A stretch of 64,000 nt of DNA, from the NCBI RefSeq assembly GCF_016903815.1, contig NZ_CP069973.1. The stretch is one strand, 5' to 3'. The notes under the pieces are model-generated. The model saw only the letters and a program-made list of their open reading frames with translations. It was not told where the DNA came from and did not search any database. Origin of the DNA: Escherichia coli (lineage in GTDB: Bacteria > Pseudomonadota > Gammaproteobacteria > Enterobacterales > Enterobacteriaceae). Position numbers and translations under genes: made by a program. Numbering within the stretch: the stretch's first letter is position 1; each line of letters opens with the position of its first letter. Of the stretch, positions 58,346 to 64,000 are shown in pieces.

Positions 58346-60316
58346 TTGTTTTATCGGGCACACTGGCGCGACTATAAAAACGATCAAGTGAGGATCATGA
58401 TGAACCTGACGACTCTGACCCACCGCGATGCGTTGTGTCTGAATGCGCGCTTTACCAGCCGTGAAGAGGCCATCCACGCGTTGACTCAACGTCTTGCTGC
58501 TCTGGGGAAAATTTCCAGTACTGAGCAATTTCTGGAAGAAGTGTATCGCCGTGAAAGCCTTGGCCCGACCGCCTTAGGTGAAGGGTTGGCTGTGCCGCAT
58601 GGTAAAACTGCTGCGGTAAAAGAAGCAGCGTTTGCCGTTGCGACACTGAGTGAGCCGCTTCAGTGGGAAGGCGTGGATGGCCCGGAAGCGGTTGATTTAG
58701 TGGTGTTGCTGGCGATTCCCCCCAATGAAGCGGGTACTACGCACATGCAACTGCTGACAGCGCTGACCACGCGCCTGGCGGATGATGAGATACGGGCGCG
58801 TATACAGTCGGCGACGACGCCTGATGAATTGCTTTCGGCGCTGGATGACAAGGGAGGCACGCAACCCTCAGCTTCTTTTTCCAACGCGCCAACTATCGTC
58901 TGCGTAACGGCCTGCCCGGCGGGTATTGCTCACACCTATATGGCTGCGGAATATCTGGAAAAAGCCGGACGCAAACTCGGCGTGAATGTCTACGTTGAAA
59001 AACAAGGCGCTAACGGTATTGAAGGGCGTTTAACGGCAGAGCAACTCAATAGTGCAACCGCCTGTATTTTTGCGGCTGAAGTCGCCATCAAGGAGAGTGA
59101 GCGTTTTAACGGCATTCCCGCGCTTTCAGTGCCTGTTGCCGAGCCGATTCGCCATGCTGAAGCGTTGATCCAACAAGCACTGACCCTCGAGCGTAGCGGT
59201 GAGACGCGTACCGTACAGCAAGATACGCAACCGGCGAAAAGCGTCAAAACGGAGCTGAAACAGGCGCTGTTAAGCGGGATCTCTTTCGCCGTGCCGTTGA
59301 TTGTCGCGGGGGGTACGGTGCTGGCGGTTGCGGTATTACTGTCGCAAATCTTCGGGCTACAAGATCTATTTAATGAAGAAAACTCCTGGTTGTGGATGTA
59401 CCGCAAACTGGGCGGCGGGATGCTCGGGATTTTGATGGTGCCGGTGCTGGCAGCCTATACCGCCTATTCGCTGGCAGATAAACCGGCGTTAGCGCCGGGC
59501 TTTGCGGCTGGACTTGCCGCCAACATGATCGGTTCCGGGTTTCTCGGCGCGGTCGTTGGCGGATTGATAGCCGGTTATCTGATGCGCTGGGTGAAAAATC
59601 ACTTACGTCTTAGCAGTAAATTCAATGGATTCCTGACTTTTTATCTCTACCCGGTGCTCGGTACGTTGGGAGCGGGCAGTCTGATGCTGTTTGTGGTGGG
59701 GGAACCTGTCGCCTGGATCAATAACTCGCTTACCGCCTGGCTGAACGGTCTGTCAGGAAGTAACGCGCTGTTGCTGGGTGCCATTCTCGGTTTTATGTGT
59801 TCCTTTGACCTTGGAGGGCCAGTGAACAAAGCCGCTTATGCATTCTGCCTGGGCGCAATGGCGAACGGCGTTTACGGCCCGTATGCCATTTTCGCCTCCG
59901 TCAAAATGGTTTCGGCATTTACCGTAACCGCTTCCACGATGCTCGCACCGCGCCTGTTTAAAGAGTTTGAAATTGAGACCGGGAAATCCACCTGGCTGTT
60001 AGGGCTGGCAGGTATTACCGAAGGGGCGATCCCGATGGCGATTGAAGATCCGCTGCGGGTTATTGGTTCGTTTGTGCTGGGCTCTATGGTAACGGGCGCT
60101 ATTGTCGGCGCGATGAATATCGGCCTTTCGACACCCGGTGCCGGCATTTTCTCGCTCTTTTTACTTCATGATAATGGCGCGGGCGGTGTTATGGCGGCAA
60201 TTGGCTGGTTTGGTGCGGCATTGGTGGGGGCTGCAATCTCGACTGCAATTCTCCTGATCTGGCGGCGTCACGCGGTTAAGCATGGCAACTATCTGACTGA
60301 TGGCGTAATGCCATAA
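58346..60316 (+). CDS. mngA: PTS 2-O-alpha-mannosyl-D-glycerate-specific EIIABC component
   Basis: About 650 aa with EIIA, EIIB ([15 protein letters not shown]) and EIIC domains; alternative in-frame ATGs at 58397 and 58400 follow a GAGGA motif, so the start is uncertain. Confidence 0.85.
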   Translation: MFYRAHWRDYKNDQVRIMMNLTTLTHRDALCLNARFTSREEAIHALTQRLAALGKISSTEQFLEEVYRRESLGPTALGEGLAVPHGKTAAVKEAAFAVATLSEPLQWEGVDGPEAVDLVVLLAIPPNEAGTTHMQLLTALTTRLADDEIRARIQSATTPDELLSALDDKGGTQPSASFSNAPTIVCVTACPAGIAHTYMAAEYLEKAGRKLGVNVYVEKQGANGIEGRLTAEQLNSATACIFAAEVAIKESERFNGIPALSVPVAEPIRHAEALIQQALTLERSGETRTVQQDTQPAKSVKTELKQALLSGISFAVPLIVAGGTVLAVAVLLSQIFGLQDLFNEENSWLWMYRKLGGGMLGILMVPVLAAYTAYSLADKPALAPGFAAGLAANMIGSGFLGAVVGGLIAGYLMRWVKNHLRLSSKFNGFLTFYLYPVLGTLGAGSLMLFVVGEPVAWINNSLTAWLNGLSGSNALLLGAILGFMCSFDLGGPVNKAAYAFCLGAMANGVYGPYAIFASVKMVSAFTVTASTMLAPRLFKEFEIETGKSTWLLGLAGITEGAIPMAIEDPLRVIGSFVLGSMVTGAIVGAMNIGLSTPGAGIFSLFLLHDNGAGGVMAAIGWFGAALVGAAISTAILLIWRRHAVKHGNYLTDGVMP

Positions 60317-60333
60317 ACAAAAAGGAAACGACG

Positions 60334-62967
60334 ATGAAAGCGGTATCTCGCGTTCACATCACCCCGCATATGCACTGGGATCGGGAGTGGTATTTCACCA
60401 CCGAAGAGTCACGCATTCTGCTGGTCAATAATATGGAAGAGATCCTGCGCCGACTGGAACAGGACAACGAATACAAATATTACGTACTCGACGGGCAAAC
60501 GGCGATCCTCGAAGATTATTTCGCGGTGAAACCGGAAAACAAAGAGCGCGTGAAGAAACTGGTAGAAGCCGGTAAGTTGATTATCGGCCCCTGGTATACC
60601 CAGACCGATACCACGATTGTTTCTGCGGAATCCATCGTCCGTAATCTGATGTACGGAATGCGTGACTGCCTCGCGTTTGGCGAGCCGATGAAAATAGGTT
60701 ATTTACCAGATTCCTTTGGCATGTCCGGGCAACTGCCGCATATTTACAATGGATTTGGCATTACCCGCACCATGTTCTGGCGCGGATGTTCTGAGCGCCA
60801 CGGTACTGATAAAACCGAGTTTTTGTGGCAAAGCAGTGATGGTAGCGAAGTGACGGCGCAGGTGCTGCCGCTGGGCTACGCCATCGGTAAGTACTTACCT
60901 GCCGACGAAGACGGATTACGCAAACGTCTCGACAGTTATTTTGACGTGCTGGAAAAAGCGTCAGTAACCAAAGAAATTTTATTGCCGAATGGTCATGATC
61001 AGATGCCATTGCAGCAAAATATCTTCGAAGTGATGGAGAAACTTCGCGAAATTTATCCTCAACGAAAGTTTGTGATGAGCCGCTTTGAAGAGGTATTCGA
61101 GCAGATTGAAGCGCAGCGAGATAATCTGGCGACCCTCAAAGGTGAATTTATCGATGGCAAATATATGCGCGTGCATCGCACCATCGGTTCCACGCGCATG
61201 GATATCAAAATTGCCCACGCGCGTATTGAAAATAAGATTGTTAATCTGCTGGAACCGCTGGCAACACTGGCCTGGACTTTAGGTTTTGAATACCACCACG
61301 GCTTGCTGGAGAAAATGTGGAAAGAGATCTTAAAAAATCATGCCCACGACAGTATCGGTTGTTGTTGCAGTGACAAAGTTCATCGCGAAATCGTCGCCCG
61401 CTTCGAACTGGCTGAAGACATGGCGGATAATCTGATTCGTTTCTACATGCGCAAAATTGCCGATAACATGCCACAGAGTGATGCCGACAAACTTGTGCTG
61501 TTTAACCTGATGCCCTGGCCGCGGGAAGAAGTGATCAACACCACTGTGCGGCTGCGCGCTAGCCAGTTTAATTTGCGGGACGATCGCGGTCAGCCTGTAC
61601 CGTATTTTATTCGCCATGCCCGTGAGATCGATCCTGGCCTAATCGATCGGCAAATCGTTCATTACGGTAATTACGATCCCTTTATGGAGTTTGATATTCA
61701 GATCAACCAGATTGTCCCTTCTATGGGCTATCGCACGCTTTATATCGAAACGAATCAGCCTGGCAACGTGATTGCGGCAAAAAGTGACGCTGAAGGGATA
61801 CTGGAAAATGCTTTCTGGCAAATTGCGCTCAATGAGGATGGAACGCTACAACTGGTAGATAAAGACAGCGGTGTGCGCTATGACCGGGTATTGCAAATTG
61901 AAGAAAGCTCTGATGATGGTGATGAATATGACTATTCACCTGCAAAAGAAGAGTGGGTAATTACTTCGGCGAATGCGAAACCGCAATGCGAGATTATTCA
62001 TGAGGCCTGGCAGAGCAGGGCTGTTATCCGCTATGACATGGCGGTGCCGCGTAATCTACAAGAACGCAGCGCACGGCAATGCACGGGTAGAGTAGGGGTG
62101 GAGTTGGTTGTCACTCTGAGTGATAACAGCAGGCGCATTGATGTGGTTATCAACCTTGATAACCAGGCTGACGATCATCGCCTTCGCGTCCTGGTCCCTA
62201 CACCTTTCAACACCGACAATGTTCTGGCCGATACCCAGTTTGGTTCGCTAACGCGCCCGGTGAGCGACAGTGCGATGGATGTCTGGCAACAAGAAGGCTG
62301 GAAAGAAGCGCCTGTTCCGGTGTGGAATATGCTCAACTATGCTGCCTTACAGGAAGGGCGTAACGGTCTGGCTGTCTTTAGCGAAGGGCTACGTGAATTC
62401 GAAGTCATCGGTGAAGAGAAGAAAACCTTTGCCATTACGTTGCTGCGTGGCGTGGGCTTACTGGGGAAAGAAGATCTGCTTTTAAGGCCTGGACGTCCTT
62501 CGGGTATAAAAATGCCGGTGCCCGATTCACAATTACGTGGCTCCTTTAGCTGCCGTCTGAGCTTATTTAGTTATACAGGTACGCCTTCGACCGCCGGTGT
62601 AGCCCAGCAGGCGCGTGCATGGCTGACGCCAGTACAGTGTTACAACAAAATCCCGTGGGATGCGATGAAGTTAAATAAAGCCGGATTCAATGTGCCGGAA
62701 AGCTATAGCTTGCTGAAAATGCCCCCTGTGGGATGCCTGATTAGCGCTCTTAAAAAAGCGGAAGACCGGCAAGAAGTGGTATTGCGACTGTTTAATCCGG
62801 CAGAATCGACAACCTGTGAGGCAACTGTCGCGTTCAGTCGTGAGGTGATTTCATGTACGCAAACGATGATGGATGAAAGCATCAGCACAGCGGAAAGAGA
62901 TAATTTAAAGGAACTGGGGGCATTTTTACCGGGGCAGTCACGGACATTTAGCTACCGCCTTGGCTGA
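60334..62967 (+). CDS. mngB: alpha-mannosidase (mannosylglycerate hydrolase, GH38)
   Basis: 877 aa; recognised as MngB. Confidence 0.95.
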   Translation: MKAVSRVHITPHMHWDREWYFTTEESRILLVNNMEEILRRLEQDNEYKYYVLDGQTAILEDYFAVKPENKERVKKLVEAGKLIIGPWYTQTDTTIVSAESIVRNLMYGMRDCLAFGEPMKIGYLPDSFGMSGQLPHIYNGFGITRTMFWRGCSERHGTDKTEFLWQSSDGSEVTAQVLPLGYAIGKYLPADEDGLRKRLDSYFDVLEKASVTKEILLPNGHDQMPLQQNIFEVMEKLREIYPQRKFVMSRFEEVFEQIEAQRDNLATLKGEFIDGKYMRVHRTIGSTRMDIKIAHARIENKIVNLLEPLATLAWTLGFEYHHGLLEKMWKEILKNHAHDSIGCCCSDKVHREIVARFELAEDMADNLIRFYMRKIADNMPQSDADKLVLFNLMPWPREEVINTTVRLRASQFNLRDDRGQPVPYFIRHAREIDPGLIDRQIVHYGNYDPFMEFDIQINQIVPSMGYRTLYIETNQPGNVIAAKSDAEGILENAFWQIALNEDGTLQLVDKDSGVRYDRVLQIEESSDDGDEYDYSPAKEEWVITSANAKPQCEIIHEAWQSRAVIRYDMAVPRNLQERSARQCTGRVGVELVVTLSDNSRRIDVVINLDNQADDHRLRVLVPTPFNTDNVLADTQFGSLTRPVSDSAMDVWQQEGWKEAPVPVWNMLNYAALQEGRNGLAVFSEGLREFEVIGEEKKTFAITLLRGVGLLGKEDLLLRPGRPSGIKMPVPDSQLRGSFSCRLSLFSYTGTPSTAGVAQQARAWLTPVQCYNKIPWDAMKLNKAGFNVPESYSLLKMPPVGCLISALKKAEDRQEVVLRLFNPAESTTCEATVAFSREVISCTQTMMDESISTAERDNLKELGAFLPGQSRTFSYRLG

Positions 62968-63007
62968 TTATTGCGCTAAAAGTGTATCTAAGGGGGGCAA
63001 TAATTTC

Positions 63008-63033
63008 AGGCCATCTTCGGATGGCCTGAGATT
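63008..63033. terminator. terminator hairpin between mngB and the convergent rtcB-like gene
   Basis: caggccatcttcggatggcctg, a perfect 9 bp stem with tetraloop. Confidence 0.5.
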
Positions 63034-63111
63034 GTTGATAAACAAGTTTGTTAGCTTACGCAGATACCAGATTTGACCTGCGTGAGAACCGCAGGCCATT
63101 TATCATTTCAG

Positions 63112-64000
63112 TTACCCCTTAAACGTTAACCACGGTCGAAATCTGACCGCTGGCTGAATTAATCCGGCTTCTTGTTGGGCTTCGATAACCGGACCAATAT
63201 CTTTATAAGCCGCTGGCGCTTCTTCAAGACGTCGTTCTTCACGCAATGTGACGCATTGCCACGGCAGCGTTGACTCTTCAGTCGCGCTTGAGCGCATGGC
63301 CTGTCGACGCTGGCTGCGTCCTGCTCCGTGACTGCATGACCACAGCCACTCCGGGTTGCCGCAACCGACTGCAAGCCACGAATAATCGCCCATTGAACCG
63401 GGGATTAATGCCAGATCGCCCACTCGTGCCGGTGTTGCACCTTTGCGATGAATATTCATTTCATGCTCGCGAAGGATGATGTTATGTGGTACATCCACCA
63501 CCAGATGCGAATTGTCCTGATGAAAGAGATTGGCGAGACATACGCGCACCATTTCGGCAATTGTGACGCGATTTAACCACGCGTAACGCGCCGCCATTCC
63601 TATCGCTTGTAGATATTCCTCCGCCAGTCCGCCTGCCAGACCATATAACCCGCTTTGTGGATGTTTATGTCCGGTGGGCCATTCAGCACGGGCGCGATCC
63701 ATCCAGCGTCTTCCGACGTAAAAGCCAACATCTCGCGATCCACTGTGGATCATCACCACAATATCGCCTGTTTTCAGCCCTTGTTGCCAGGCTACATGGC
63801 GATCAACCACGCTATCAACGACCTGAAGTTCAATAAAATGATTACCTGAACCCGGCGTACCCAGACAAGGATCGCGGAGTAATGCGCGGTCCGTTGCCAG
63901 CAGGGCGGGTGGGGCATAACGCGAATGACTGTTATGCTCGTTAAGCCCAATGCAGCGGTCAATCTCTTGTACCATTCGGGGGATATTCGTGCGTGTCCAG
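63112..64000 (-). CDS. RtcB-family RNA ligase paralogue, C-terminal part; the N-terminus lies beyond the window end
   Basis: Translation contains RtcB signatures GSGNHF, HSGSR, IPGSMG and CSHGAGR and ends ...RPWLTFKG, parallel to canonical E. coli RtcB as I recall it; the minus-strand frame is open to the window edge. Confidence 0.75.
   Translation of the reverse strand, partial: WTRTNIPRMVQEIDRCIGLNEHNSHSRYAPPALLATDRALLRDPCLGTPGSGNHFIELQVVDSVVDRHVAWQQGLKTGDIVVMIHSGSRDVGFYVGRRWMDRARAEWPTGHKHPQSGLYGLAGGLAEEYLQAIGMAARYAWLNRVTIAEMVRVCLANLFHQDNSHLVVDVPHNIILREHEMNIHRKGATPARVGDLALIPGSMGDYSWLAVGCGNPEWLWSCSHGAGRSQRRQAMRSSATEESTLPWQCVTLREERRLEEAPAAYKDIGPVIEAQQEAGLIQPAVRFRPWLTFKG

Overview
This window reads as an Escherichia coli-type chromosome segment that I recognise from memory as the nagB-nagE-glnS-chiPQ-fur-fldA-seqA-pgm-potE-speF-kdp-rhsC-phr-dtpD-pxp-nei-abrB-ybgOPQD-gltA-sdhCDAB-sucABCD-mngRAB region; no search or alignment was run. 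Almost all of it is dense, well-known core coding sequence. Four stretches are strain-specific relative to my recollection of K-12: an IS200 copy inserted between nagE and glnS, a compact pgm-potE junction, a remodelled Rhs toxin locus, and an RtcB-family RNA ligase gene at the 3' edge where K-12 has the cydA upstream region. The Rhs locus (25.4-31.7 kb) is the best candidate for an undescribed system: rhsC carries an AT-rich, Cys-rich C-terminal tip I cannot place in a known toxin family, followed by an overlapping immunity-like ORF, an orphan tip sharing a roughly 268 bp recombination repeat, and a decayed H-repeat transposase. Small known elements missed by the ORF track (speFL, uof, kdpF, SdhX) are placed by direct translation or reading. 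No rRNA, tRNA or CRISPR array was found.
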